Part shown: piece by piece, positions 26,300 through 38,355 of the stretch
How positions within the stretch are numbered: position 1 is the stretch's first letter
Layout of the letters: the number at the start of each line of letters is the position of its first letter
Assembly: GCF_004010195.1 (NCBI RefSeq)
Contig: NC_057758.1
Coordinates: 5,453,758-5,517,757 of the forward strand
DNA length: 64,000 bases
Origin: Chiloscyllium plagiosum
Taxonomy: Eukaryota
Direction: 5' to 3'
Translations under genes and position numbers: made by a program
The notes under the pieces: generated by a model
The model's input: the letters and a program-made list of their open reading frames with translations, nothing else
Told to the model about the DNA's origin: nothing
Databases searched by the model: none

Positions 26300-26540
26300 A
26301 AAGAAATTGAGGAATGCAGATTCTGGAGATCAGAGTCAAGTCGTGTGGTGATGGAAAAGTATAGCATATGAGGTTGCAAACGAAGAACAGAAATGTCGAC
26401 TTTTCAGGCATAAGTCCTTCATCAGGAATGTCTCAATCGTGATCAAGGGTTTATCCCTGAACATCGACTCTCCTTCTCCTCTGATGCTGCCTGACGTGCT
26501 GTAATTATCCAGTGCCACACTTCTGACCTTCAATCAGAGA
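26300..26540. mobile_element. Old Penelope-derived inverted terminal-repeat pair with degenerate hammerhead cores
   Basis: GTCGACTTTTCAGGCATAAGTCCTTCATCAGG (minus strand CTGATGA..GAAA) followed by a degenerate + strand copy. Confidence 0.5.
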
Positions 26541-26819
26541 CAGTGTAATCACTGCTCCTTGAAATTCAATGTTGAACTTCCGACATTATTTGTTATTTTG
26601 TGCTATTTTGTTGTAAGAAAGACGTTCGTAATGATCTTTTAATTACATGTTCTTACTTTTTTTCTTTATATATAAGATGTTCTAATTAGACACCTCTGTA
26701 TCTAAGATGGCGCTGGAAATGGTGACATTATACACTTCTCACTTTGTTTCTCTATGAACACACTTGACAACAAATTCCAATTATAAATCGAGTATACTTT
26801 CTAATTCTAGTTCTAGTTC

Positions 26820-27320
26820 TAGTTTCCCCCAACTGCGTTCTGGGGAGGTGAGCTCATCAGACTCACAATCCTTTGAGAGAAGCAGTTATTTCTCATCTCA
26901 GTTTTTAAACTACATCTTTTGACTCTGTATCCCAGCCCCCTGGATCGAAATTAACACACGAAAAAGGAATCATCTGTTCAATGTCCACTTTATCAGTTCC
27001 CTTTGTACTAAAAGTATCTCAATCAGATTACGAATCATTCTTGTGAACTCCATCACGAGGTTATAGTTCAGGCCCAAACCACTTACACTCCATTTATTAC
27101 AGCCTTTTCATGTGTGGAAGCAACTTGGTGAATCGCCTCTGAACTGCCTCCAGTGCCACCACATCTTCCCTCAAGAAAACTATCCGAACTTGGACACACA
27201 AGTCCAACTGTGGTCTCACGAAGTCTTTATAATTGTAATGACAAGTTGTCTTTATATGATTTAGTTCGTTTGCAGTAAAAGCCATGTTCTAATTTTCCTT
27301 TTTATTATATTCTGCAGTGT
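26820..27320 (-). mobile_element. CR1-type LINE 3' fragment
   Basis: ORF 27097-27285: FVRPQLDLCVQV...DVVALEAVQRRFTKLLP. Confidence 0.7.
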
Positions 27321-28228
27321 GTCACAGTGGTTCAGGAGGCCCGCAATTAAAGGACCCCAGGTATTTCTTAGGAATCACCAACTGAACGAGAGTAAACAGG
27401 ACGAGTCCATGGAGGAATTGGAAATGATATATGTTCATATGTCAGCGAGGGGTATCATGAAGGTGTGAAATAAGAAGTGAAAAAGGACAGATCCTTTCGG
27501 GGCGAGGTGTGTAGGAGTTTCATACTTTGAGTAAACCATTAAAGAAGATATTAAACTGCATAGACCCAATTTCAGAAAAGGTTCAAGCATGAGAGTGACA
27601 CCTTTGCGTTTGGAAGGGTTTTGGCTCATCACACAATCACGATGGTACGACACATAGCCGCCAGTATCTGATATAGAATCAGGATAGACCTAAGAGACAG
27701 AATGAAGGTTCCTGCATAAGTTCCTACTGATGACGTCGACTCTCTTGTTTCTCAGATCGACATGACCTGCTGAGCCTTTCGCCAGCACCATATTTTACCG
27801 ATTTACAGACAGAATGGCAGGATACTGCTTCAAAGAACGATTGCTAATTGGGGATGGCCTGAGATTTAAAGCAGTGAGATTCAATCTCTCCTGGATCCTG
27901 ATCAATGATGGACTGTAACAGTAGCAGGAAACCAAAGAGAGAAAGTAGTGTGTTTCTCAATCTCCGCTCTGAACGCCTCGGAGTCTAAGTGACTGCTGCG
28001 ATGAGACAAACTATCCATATGTGAACAGCAAGAGATTTCTGCCATCGATAAATTGATGTGCTCGTAAGGTATTTCTTGTACCTAAACTGATAGTAAAACC
28101 GAGAGGACGGACACTTTCGTTAAACATTCACCTCTAAAGAGGAACAGCCTTGCTGCTAGTCTCCATCCTGTCTGCCATTCTTCAGTGAGCTTCGGGAACT
28201 GAGGTGGCCTTGGGCATTGTCCGAAAGC

Positions 28229-28914
28229 TCACTCTTTTTGGTGGGGACCGTCGTTAAACTCTTTGATATTCAACGTCAAAATCTCATCAAATTGGTTCTT
28301 CAAACAGTGCAGTGTACATTGTGCAGCAGGTGTACAATGAACAAAGACAAACAAATCCATAAAAAGCCATAAACACATACTAGGTCCAGAGCGGCTTCTA
28401 GTCTTTAGAATTTTACTTTTGGCAGGTAGAGCTCAATTGAGGAAAAGCAATTAATTGCATGTTGGTAAGCCAAGTTAGGGCATGAACTACACTGGTGGTG
28501 GGACATCTGGGGGTTGTTGTCGAACAAGTTCAGGGACACAGTTCCATGAAAGTGATGTCACGGAATTATCCAACACGTCACTCTATTTTGGTGGGGACCG
28601 TAGTCAAACTCTTTGATATTCAACGTCAAAATCTCATCAAATTGGTTCTTCAAACAGTGCAGTACTCATTGTGCAGCAGGTGTACAATGAGCAAAGACAA
28701 AAAAATCCTTAAAAAGCCATAAACATCTACTAGGTCGAGAGCTGCTTCTGGTCTTTGGAATTTTAGTTTTGGCAGGTGGAGCTCAATTTAGGAAAAGCAA
28801 TTAATTGCATGTTGGTAAGCCAAGTTAGGGCAGGAACTACACTGGTGGTGGGACATCTGGGGGTTGTTGTCGAACAAGTTCAGGGACACAATTCCATGAA
28901 AGTGATGTCACGGA
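28229..28914. repeat. Tandem duplication of ~336 bp (28229-28564 and 28578-28914) of LINE-derived sequence
   Basis: Both copies run from TCACTCT..GGTGGGGACCGT to GAAAGTGATGTCACGGA, with a 13-bp spacer. Confidence 0.9.
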
Positions 28915-29669
28915 TAGACGGGTGGTGATGAAAGTGCTTAACACGCGTTCACCTTAACATGCAGGCCGTGGAGTTAATCCCTTTTGTCTGTAAATGGTGA
29001 TTAAATGCGGATTGGCCGCTGACTCCATGAAAAGAGTACCCGTGCTCCAGTCAGCTCATTGCGACTTTGAGGAGCTCAGAGAGAAAATGCAAAGAGCAAT
29101 ATTTATGCTCCTGAGTTTTCCGATTCTGGCTGAGCCGATGACTGCTTCTGGTTGCGTGGTTGCGAGGGGTTTCTTTTCAGGTGGGTGCTTATCACAATAG
29201 GCTTACGGAAGAGCAGATAAAGGCTATTCGGTTCTTCAAGACCTACGCCCTTTCATATCCATGACTGTAACATGGATATGATGGGCTGATTAGTAACAAA
29301 TGGGACTCTATCAAACCAGTGCAAGGGGATGCACTTGGGCAGGCCCAGCAAAGCAAGAGATATAGATTGTGAGACCCCTGGGAAATCACTGATGATCACA
29401 AGGAAACTGGTGTACATATTCACCGACGTCATAAGATATCCGGACAGGCAGATCAAACCTTTAAGAAGGTTCATATGATACTTGCCTTTATTAGCTGAGT
29501 TGCAAACTTCAAGAAAATTGATGCTGAAACAGCATAAAATATTGCTCAGTCCAGAGTAATTATATCGTGTGCAGTTCTAGAATTTAGATCATATGATATT
29601 TGTAATTTTACTGAAGAGGGTGGGGAGCGGTTGTGGGGATTTGCCAGGATATTGCCTGGGCTGGGTATT

Positions 29670-29993
29670 GTTAGATTACCTACAGTATCGAAATAGGCCC
29701 TTCGGCCCAACAATTCCACACCGACCCTCCGAAGAGTAACCCACCCGAATCCATTTCCCAATGTCTACCCTGAACTAATGTACCTGACACTTTGGGAAAT
29801 TTAGCATGGTAAATTCACTTGACCTGCACATCTTTGGATTGTGGGAGGAAACCGGAGCACCCGGAGGAAACCCACGCAGACACATGGAGAATGTGCAAAC
29901 TCCACACAGACAGTCACTCCGAGGCTGGAATCGAACTCAGGTCCCTGGTGCTGTGAGGCAGCATTGCTAACCACTGAGCCACCGTGCCGCCCC
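29670..29993 (-). mobile_element. HE1-like tRNA-derived V-SINE, full length, inserted into a CR1 fragment (~29230-30220)
   Basis: Minus strand: GGGCGGCACGGTGGCTCAGTGGTTAGC A-box head, GAGTTCGATTCC B-box, V-domain GTGTGGAGTTTGCACATTCTCC, AATCT-type tail. Confidence 0.9.
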
Positions 29994-31829
29994 ATGGCGT
30001 TTTGACAGACTCGGCTTTTTTTTTTCCTTTTAGAGAAGGAGATTGAGAGGGGACGTGATTAAGATGTATAAATTTATGAGAGGCAGAGGTAGAGTAGACA
30101 AGAAAAATGCTTCATTGCTGGAACAATGAATAGGAAGCATAAGATATCGGTAACGGGCAGCAAGTTTAAAGGAGATGTGAGGAAAAAAGTTTTCATTGAG
30201 AGAGTAATAGAGGTCAGAAAATCATTGGGTCACAGTTTGGGAGAGGTAAAACCCTCCAGAAGAGATGCACACAAATTGAACTTGATTCTGAATGGGGAAC
30301 TCTGGAAACTGCATGAATACACACCGGGTCCTGGAATGTTGAGCTAGAATGGGAGACTTTACCTTTCGACCAGCACAGAGCTTTTGGGATGAAAGTTCTT
30401 TCTGCTTGTGCCGCTACTTTACTGTAATCCAATTGTTCTCTTCTCCTTACCCCTGGGTAGCAAGACAATGGAAATATTGCAAAGCGTTCAGATTTGCATG
30501 TATATCAGTGATAGCAGGCATCAGGATTGGTCGTCTCGACGGCTGCATCAATAATGTCTCACTTTCCCTTGCCCGGATATGAGCTCCTTTTGTACAATGA
30601 AAAACGGACTATGCAAACGGAATACCTGTGCTCCAGGAGAATTTCGCATCCGTGTGGCTTGCCGCAACAATTTGGTTTGATGCATGATGTAATGATTGTG
30701 ACATTGAGAATTGTCCCGCATTTATGCCACTCTGATCCTGCGACTGATACTAACTGTATCCCCTGTTTTTCAGGCTAAGATCCACTGCATCAATTTAATC
30801 ACCGCTAAATGGTTACATTCTGATGGCGGCAATAAAAGTAAAACGTTGATTGCAGACCCTTGTTTGTTACTCATTTTTCATTGTGATTTGTGCGTTTGTT
30901 CATACTGACAGAAAGGCAGAGGAGGGATTTTGGGAAAAGGCAGGACAGAACTGACATCTTTAGCTGTAACATAGAGAACATTCAGAACCATTGCCTCCCA
31001 TCAAGTCCCAGCTTCGATTAGAAGCATTTCATGGTCTATCCCTGGCCCACTAGAAGGACACAAACTCCAGTCATGATGGTGCAGTGTTGTCCACGGTCTG
31101 AAAGGACTGGCCGTGGATGTACTCAATGTTGACTCCTAACTCTGCAAGATTTCACTAAGTATGCCCAGACCTGGGAACGGGGGGTCCCTTGCTGACATTC
31201 CACCGAGTACCCTCCCTCGGCCAACTAATCCGACCTCCTGGAAATTGAACAACACAGAGAGGATGCTCTGAGGGGAGTGAACGGCACAGGTCGGAATCTG
31301 CTTGGACCAATTTAAATGGCTGATCACATCTAACAGTGAGGTTCAGACAAAGAAATGATCGGAGGAGGGTAACATCAATGTCCCACCCAAACTTTATGGG
31401 GGCTCAGTTTGTCGTTTTGACTAACAATACTGTATCTATTTTGAATCTCACCCTCATCCAGACAAGTTGAGATAGGATTATTTTATCATATTTAATAAAA
31501 GACTGATCCATCCTTATGATGAACAAATATCTGGTCATGACGCCTCCAGCAGAGCTGTAAATACACGTTAACCAAAAGTCCATTGTGTGTACAGCACTCT
31601 GAAAGATGCTGGAGCTGTAAAAGGTGTTGGCTATGAGTCGACCGATCATTTATCTCTTCTCTCATCACTTCCTCTCAAACATCCATTAGCTCTCCTCTCT
31701 CTCTGTCTTTCTTCACGTTTCCACTTGTCTCTTCCTCGTCTCCCTCTCCATCTCAGATTCTAATCGACCACTTAAGTTCTCGCTTTCTCAGTCACATCTA
31801 CATGTTCGTCCATTATGATTTCAAACACA

Positions 31830-32330
31830 AAGCAGTACTGCAAAGGAACAGATCCATGGGCCCTTCGTATCTGTGCAGACATATAATGCGTTTCTAAACT
31901 GATCCCATTCATCTGAACATGCTCAGAAACCCTCCATTTCCTATGCACTCATGTTACTGCCCAAATTACTCTGAAGCGTTCCTATCGTGTCTGTTTCTAA
32001 TACCTACTCACCAGCTGGCAACGTGTTCAAGGCACTTATCATTCTTTACATAAAAAAGAAACTTGCTTCAGATATCCCCGTTAAAGTTTACCCTTCTCAT
32101 CTTAATCCTGGTTTCTGATATTTCTACCCCGTGAAGAAGACCGTGCAATTTACTCTGTTCATGCCATTCATAATTTCATCGACCTCGATCAAGTCACGAC
32201 TTAGCCTCTAACACTCACGTGATAACGGCCTAAGTTTATTTAACTTCCACTCATGGCAAATGCACTCTAATCCAGGCAGCATCCTTGTAAAGACTTTGTA
32301 CGCTCTCTCCAAGGCAACTATGTCTTTCCT
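31830..32330 (-). mobile_element. CR1-type LINE 3' fragment running into a gap
   Basis: RKDIVALERAYKVFTRMLPGLE translation next to the gap. Confidence 0.7.
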
Positions 32331-32830
32331 NNNNNNNNNNNNNNNNNNNNNNNNNNNNNNNNNNNNNNNNNNNNNNNNNNNNNNNNNNNNNNNNNNNNNN
32401 NNNNNNNNNNNNNNNNNNNNNNNNNNNNNNNNNNNNNNNNNNNNNNNNNNNNNNNNNNNNNNNNNNNNNNNNNNNNNNNNNNNNNNNNNNNNNNNNNNNN
32501 NNNNNNNNNNNNNNNNNNNNNNNNNNNNNNNNNNNNNNNNNNNNNNNNNNNNNNNNNNNNNNNNNNNNNNNNNNNNNNNNNNNNNNNNNNNNNNNNNNNN
32601 NNNNNNNNNNNNNNNNNNNNNNNNNNNNNNNNNNNNNNNNNNNNNNNNNNNNNNNNNNNNNNNNNNNNNNNNNNNNNNNNNNNNNNNNNNNNNNNNNNNN
32701 NNNNNNNNNNNNNNNNNNNNNNNNNNNNNNNNNNNNNNNNNNNNNNNNNNNNNNNNNNNNNNNNNNNNNNNNNNNNNNNNNNNNNNNNNNNNNNNNNNNN
32801 NNNNNNNNNNNNNNNNNNNNNNNNNNNNNN
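32331..32830. other. Assembly gap of exactly 500 N (probable scaffolding join)
   Basis: The N run is 500 long, as is 53069-53568. Other gaps have irregular sizes (11584-11801, 18118-18734, 33318-34005, 50708-50923, 59746-59767). Confidence 0.85.
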
Positions 32831-33000
32831 CAACGTGAGAAGGTTTTGGGAGGAAGATTTCAAACATGGATGATTTTCAAAATGGGGAGAGAGTTCAGAA
32901 GGCTCAAGTGCAAAGAGGACATGGGAGACCTGGTCCTGGTTTCTCTTAAGGTCAATGTGCAGGCTGAGTCGCTAGTTAGGAAAGCAAATTCAGTGTAACC

Positions 33001-34170
33001 TTCACCAGCCCCCACGGCACTCCCTATCTCTGTAAACCCCTCCAGCTCCTACACCCCCTCCATATCTCTGTAACCCCCTCCACCCTCTTCACCTGCTCCC
33101 TATCTCTGTAACCCCCTCCAGCCTCTACACCACCTCCTTATCTTTGTAACCCCCTACACCCCCTACCTATCTCTGTAACCTCCGCCACCACCTACACCCC
33201 CTCCCAAACTCTGTAACACCCTCCAATCCCTCCACATTTCTGTAACACCCTCCAGCCCATACACCCCCTCCTTATCTCTGTAGCCGCCTATACCCCCTCC
33301 CTATCTCTGTCACCCACNNNNNNNNNNNNNNNNNNNNNNNNNNNNNNNNNNNNNNNNNNNNNNNNNNNNNNNNNNNNNNNNNNNNNNNNNNNNNNNNNNN
33401 NNNNNNNNNNNNNNNNNNNNNNNNNNNNNNNNNNNNNNNNNNNNNNNNNNNNNNNNNNNNNNNNNNNNNNNNNNNNNNNNNNNNNNNNNNNNNNNNNNNN
33501 NNNNNNNNNNNNNNNNNNNNNNNNNNNNNNNNNNNNNNNNNNNNNNNNNNNNNNNNNNNNNNNNNNNNNNNNNNNNNNNNNNNNNNNNNNNNNNNNNNNN
33601 NNNNNNNNNNNNNNNNNNNNNNNNNNNNNNNNNNNNNNNNNNNNNNNNNNNNNNNNNNNNNNNNNNNNNNNNNNNNNNNNNNNNNNNNNNNNNNNNNNNN
33701 NNNNNNNNNNNNNNNNNNNNNNNNNNNNNNNNNNNNNNNNNNNNNNNNNNNNNNNNNNNNNNNNNNNNNNNNNNNNNNNNNNNNNNNNNNNNNNNNNNNN
33801 NNNNNNNNNNNNNNNNNNNNNNNNNNNNNNNNNNNNNNNNNNNNNNNNNNNNNNNNNNNNNNNNNNNNNNNNNNNNNNNNNNNNNNNNNNNNNNNNNNNN
33901 NNNNNNNNNNNNNNNNNNNNNNNNNNNNNNNNNNNNNNNNNNNNNNNNNNNNNNNNNNNNNNNNNNNNNNNNNNNNNNNNNNNNNNNNNNNNNNNNNNNN
34001 NNNNNTCTGTCACCCCCTCCAGACCCTACACTCCCTCCCTGTCTCTGTAACCCCCTCCAGACCCTACACTCCCTCCCTATCTCTGTAACCTCCTCCAGCT
34101 CCTACATCCAGTCCATTTTTCTGTCGCTTCCTCCTGCCCCTCACCCATTCCCTATCTGTGTAACCCTCTC
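33001..34170 (+). repeat. C-rich minisatellite (~35-40 bp unit CCCTCCCTATCTCTGTAACCCCCTCCAGNCCCTACAC) spanning a gap
   Basis: Repeated TATCTCTGTAAC core on both sides of gap 33318-34005. The same unit recurs at 35105-35300 (-), 41621-41712 (+) and 42790-42860 (-). Confidence 0.9.
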
Positions 34171-34558
34171 TAGTCCCGAGAGGACTCACGTATAAAAGTG
34201 GGGATGCACATCTGAGGCTTTATCGGACTCTGGTTAGACCAGATGTGGAGTATTGTGAGCAATGCTGGGCGCCATAGCCATAGCTCAGGAAAGTTGTATG
34301 GGCCCTGAAGCGGGCCCAGAGGAGGGTCATGAACAAGATCCCAGAAATGGAAGGCTGACCATATGAGGAATGTTTGAGGACTCTGGGACAATATTCGATG
34401 GAGTTGAGAAGAACGAATGGGTGGTGAGGGGGATCTGATCGAAACTTTCGGAAGACTGGACGGCCTGGACAGAGTGGCCGTAGGGAAGATGTTGCCATTG
34501 GCAACAGAGATGAGGATCCAAGGGCACTGACTCAGAGCAAAGGGACGAACGTTTAGAG

Positions 34559-34870
34559 TGGGGCGGCACGGTGGCTCAGTGGTTAGCACGACTGACTTCC
34601 AGCACCAGGGTCCCGAATTCAATTCCAGCCTCGGGTGACTGCCTGTGTGGAGTTGGCACATTCTCCCCGTGTCTGCGTGGGTTTCCTCCGGGTGCTCCGG
34701 TTTCCTCCCACAGTCCAAAGATGTATAGGTCGGGGTGAATTGGCCGTGCTAAATTACCCATAATGTGTGGTCAGGGGTAAATTTAGGGGAATGGGTCTTG
34801 GTGGGTAAATCTTCGGAGGGCCAGCGTGGACTTGTTGGGCCAAAGGGTCTGTTTCCGGAATGGTATCTAA
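34559..34870 (+). mobile_element. HE1-like V-SINE inserted in a CR1 3' fragment (~34175-35100)
   Basis: GGGCGGCACGGTGGCTCAGTGGTTAGC head and V-domain core. Confidence 0.88.
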
Positions 34871-35390
34871 AAAACGACGGAGATGAGGAGAAACGTCTTC
34901 AGCCAGGGTGTGGCGAATCTACGTGCAGGCCAGGTCATTGAGTATATTTAACACACAGGTTGATGAGTTCTTGATCACCGGGAGGATCAAAGGTCACGGG
35001 GAGGAAGCAGAATAATGGGTCGGAAAACCTATCAGCCATAATCGTACGGCAGCGCAGATCTGATCGGCTGAATGGCCCTAACTTCCACTCTGACATCTCA
35101 TGGTTAGAGATAGAGAGGTGTGAGGAGATTACAGAGATAGGTAGGGCTTTAGGGGCCGGAGGGGTTTACAGAGATAGGGAGGGGGCGTAAATGCCGGAGG
35201 GGGTTACAGAGATAGGGAGGGCTTTAGGGGCTGGATGTGGTAACAGAGATAGGGAGGCGGTGGAGGGGCTTGAATACGTGACAGAGATAGGGAGGGAGAG
35301 GATCGGCCCCTGAGCCACAGAGGATAATCCAGTTTTAATCTTCTCCTTTTCCCTCTCCACCCAATCCTCCCCCTGTCCCTTTTCTTCCAG

Positions 35391-35527
35391 GGATCCTGAG
35401 CCTTCTCCTGATCCAGTTGCTGGGTCACCCCCAGGGGGCGCCCATTCCTGTGCCCACTTTAATTGGGCAGACCCGGGACCTCATGCTGCTCCTGCAGGAG
35501 AAGGCCTCCTCTCTGCTGAACTCCTAT
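35391..35527 (+). CDS. CTF2: Cardiotrophin-2/neuropoietin-like IL-6-family cytokine, internal coding exon (signal peptide + helix A)
   Basis: Long polypyrimidine tract plus TTCCAG acceptor (AG 35389-35390) and donor GTGAG at 35528. The 137 nt are 2 nt + 45 codons: x-ILSLLLIQLLGHPQGAPIPVPTLIGQTRDLMLLLQEKASSLLNSY. This resembles the mouse CT-2 N-terminus as recalled (LLSLLL..A|APIS..IGQAYSLALYMQKNTSALLQTY). Its phase-0 end splices in frame to 42993. Confidence 0.88.
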
Positions 35528-36131
35528 GTGAGTATCACCATAAGTGGGCAGCGCCCTTTGGGTTGGCATCGGGGACGAGGGTGAGAGTGATGCCTGTTGG
35601 GGGGTGGGGAGTGGGGCAGAGATGGCGGGGCGGAGAAAGAGCGGAACTGGTCAATGAAGCATCGGGGGAGGCGGGAGTCAACATTTCAAATCGGAACCTC
35701 TCAGGCAGCGGGGGAGGGGGATATTTGTAAAATATATCCAGGAAGGGGGACCGTGGGCCTGGGGGAATGGTGCGTGGGGTGGCACTCGGCGGATACAGGG
35801 AGGAGGAGGCTGGGATTGGTCATGGGAAGAGGTGGAGCAGGTAGGTGGGAAGGAAGATGGACACATAACAGAAGGGAGCATGGACAGGGTAAACAGACAA
35901 GGTCCCTTCCCTGGGGTTGGGGGAGTCCAGGACTAGAGAGGGCATAGGTTTAGGGTGAGAGGGGAAAGATATAAAAGAGACCTACGGGGTAACTTTTTCA
36001 CGCAGAGGGTGGTACGTGTGTGGAATGAGCTGCCAGAGGATGTGGTGGAGGCTGGTACAAAGTTTGTGAGAAGATTTGTAGCTCGGGTGCTCGTTGCTGT
36101 GGTTCTGTTTGCCGAGCTGGAAGTTTTTGTT

Positions 36132-36171
36132 GCAAACGTTTCGTCCCCTGCCTAGGTGATATCCTCAGTGC
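36132..36171 (-). ncRNA. Minimal hammerhead ribozyme motif (antisense copy)
   Basis: Reverse complement of 36596-36635. Confidence 0.6.
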
Positions 36172-36595
36172 TTGGGAGCCTCCTGTGAAGCGCTTCTGTG
36201 GTGTTTCCTCCGGCATTTATAGTGGCCTGTCCCTGCCGCTTCCGGTTGTCAGTTTCAGCTGTCCGCTGTAGTGGCCGGTATATTGGGTCCAGGTCGATGT
36301 GTTTGTTGATGGAGATTGTGGATCAAAGTTTGGGTGAAGATTTGTAGCTCGGGTGCTCGTTGCTGTGGTTCTGTTTGCCGAGCTACCACTATAGGGCAAG
36401 CGAAACAAAGAACAGCCAGGGAATTCCTAGAAGCATGGCACTCATCCACAAACTCCATCAACAAACACATCGACCTGGACCCAATATATCGGCCACAACA
36501 GCGGACAGCTGAAACTGACAACCGGAAGCGGCAAGGACAGGCCACTATAAATGCCGGAGGAAACACCACAGAAGCGCTTCACAGGAGGCTCCCAA

Positions 36596-36635
36596 GCACT
36601 GAGGATATCACCTAGGCAGGGGACGAAACGTTTGC
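36596..36635 (+). ncRNA. Minimal hammerhead ribozyme motif (sense to the cytokine intron)
   Basis: GCA-CTGAGGA-T-ATCACCT-AGGC-AGGGGAC-GAAA-CG-TT-TGC: stem I GCA/TGC, imperfect stem II, palindromic AACGTT stem III. Confidence 0.6.
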
Positions 36636-36752
36636 AACAAAAACTTCCAGCTCGGCGAACAGAACCACAGCAGGCTGGGACAGTTACAGCATTTAAAAGG
36701 CATCTGGATGGGGACATGAGTAGGAAGGGTTTACAGGGATATTGGCCGGGTG

Positions 36753-37050
36753 ATTAGATTAGGTTAGATTCCCTACAGTGTGGAAACAGGCCATTCGGCC
36801 CAACCAGTCTACACCGACCCTCCGAAGAGTAACCCACCCCAGACCCATTTCCCTCTGACTGATGCACCTAACACTATGGGCAATTTGCCATGGCCAATTC
36901 ACCCTGACCTGCACATCTTTGGACGTTGGGAGAAAACCAGAGCACACCCATAGGGAGAATGTGCAAACTCCACACCGACAGTCGCCCGAGGCTGGAACCA
37001 AACCCGGGTCCCTGGTGCTGTGAGGCAGCAGTGCTAACCACTGTGCCACA
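36753..37050 (-). mobile_element. HE1-like V-SINE
   Basis: (GATTA)n-type tail at 36751-36770, V-domain, tRNA head ending ~37050. Confidence 0.88.
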
Positions 37051-37139
37051 GTTGGGACGAGATTGAGGTTGGGATATCTGGTCGGCATGGAAGAGTGGGA
37101 CCGAAGGATTTGTTTCCATGATGTGCATCTCTCTGAGGT

Positions 37140-38062
37140 CGGGTTCAGATTAAGGGGGGGTGGGGGGAGAGGTGAGGTGGAGAGGGAGGGGCGGTTGAGC
37201 CTAGGATGAGGTGGAGGGGGAGATTTGGGAGCTGGTGAATATTATGACAAGTCTGAATGCTTGTGAGCTGTCGAGGTGGAAGATGAGGTGGGGCCTTGAC
37301 ACGGGAGGAGGCCCAGGACAGACATGCTGCTGGGGGAGGAGGAGGGGGTCAGTTGAAATGGATGCCGCTCGGAAGGTGAGGTCGATTGGAGCGGATAGAC
37401 CGTAAATGTTCCCCGAATCAGTCCCCAGGTTTTCTTTTTATATAGAATCCCTGCAGCGTGGAAACAAGTCCTTCGGCCCAACAAGTCCACACTGCCCCTC
37501 CGGTGAGTAACCCACCCAGACCCATTCCCCTACCCTGTTACTGGACATTTACCCCTGACTAATGCGCCTCACCCCTGAACACTATGGGCAATTCAGTCTG
37601 GCCAAGTCACCCTAACCTGCACATCTTTGGACTGTGGGAGGAAACCGGAGCACCCAGAGGAAACCCACGCAGAGACGGGGAGAATGTGCAAACTCCACAC
37701 AGAGAGTTGCCAGAGGCTGGAATCAAACCCAGGTCCTGTGCGTTGTGAGGCAGCCATGCTAACCACTGAGCCACCTAAGTTTGTGCTCGGTTTGTCCGAT
37801 GTAGAGCAGAAGAGATTGACAGCGACAAATGTAATCAATCAGATTAGAGGCAGTATACCTGAATCTCTGCTGGACTCGGGATGATTCTTTCTGGCCTTGG
37901 ACGGAGGTGAGGAGGGGGAGATTTTGCACCTCCTGAGGCTGCAGGGGAAGGGTCCGCTGGTGGACGCAGGAGTCGGGAAGGGGATGTGGACCCGAACGAG
38001 GGAGTCGTGGAGGCAACGGTCCCTGTGAAACGTGAATCGAGGTGGGGAGGGGGAAATCATTT
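37140..38062 (-). mobile_element. Decayed Penelope GIY-YIG fragment interrupted by an HE1-like SINE (37445-37775)
   Basis: QRFRYTASNLIDYICRCQSLLLYIGQT in ORF 37759-38016; SINE head and V-domain at 37600-37775. Confidence 0.75.
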
Positions 38063-38090
38063 TGATGGCGGGGACAGTCCTAGAAAAATG

Positions 38091-38355
38091 GGGTGGTATG
38101 GTGGCTCAGTGGCTAGCACTGCTGTCTCACAGCACCAGGGACCCGGGTTCGGTTCCAGCCTCGGGTGACTGTCTGTGTGGAGTTTGCACATTCTCCCCGT
38201 GTCTGCATGGGTTTCCTTCGGGTGCTCCGGTTTCCTCCGACAGCCCAAAGACGTGCAGGTTAGGTGAATTGGCCGTGCTAAATTTCCCATAGTGTTAGGT
38301 GCATTAGTCAGGGGTGAATGTAGGAGAATGGGTCTGGGTGAGTTGCTCTTCAGAG
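38091..38355 (+). mobile_element. HE1-like V-SINE
   Basis: GGTGGCTCAGTGGCTAGCACTG head, GGTTCGGTTCC B-box, V-domain. Confidence 0.85.

Larger units (their letters stand above)
36060..36672. mobile_element. Penelope-like element 3' fragment with inverted terminal copy (~229 bp arms), GIY-YIG C-terminus and two hammerhead motifs
   Basis: IGQAKQRTAREFLEAWHSSTNSINKHIDLDPIY (ORF 36316-36615). Arms 36095-36323 and 36444-36672 are reverse complements. Imperfect TSD GGCTGGTACA/GGCTGGGACA at 36050 and 36673. Confidence 0.88.
35890..37135 (+). mobile_element. CR1 3' end interrupted by a Penelope insertion (36060-36672) and a minus-strand SINE (36753-37050)
   Basis: RGERYKRDLRGNFFTQRVVRVWNELPEDVVEAGT resumes as AGTVTAFKRHLDG after the insertion. 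Confidence 0.85.

Noticed and set aside
34559..34630. tRNA-like A/B box sequences here and in other SINE heads
   Set aside because: They continue directly into the V-SINE core and are SINE promoters, not tRNA genes.
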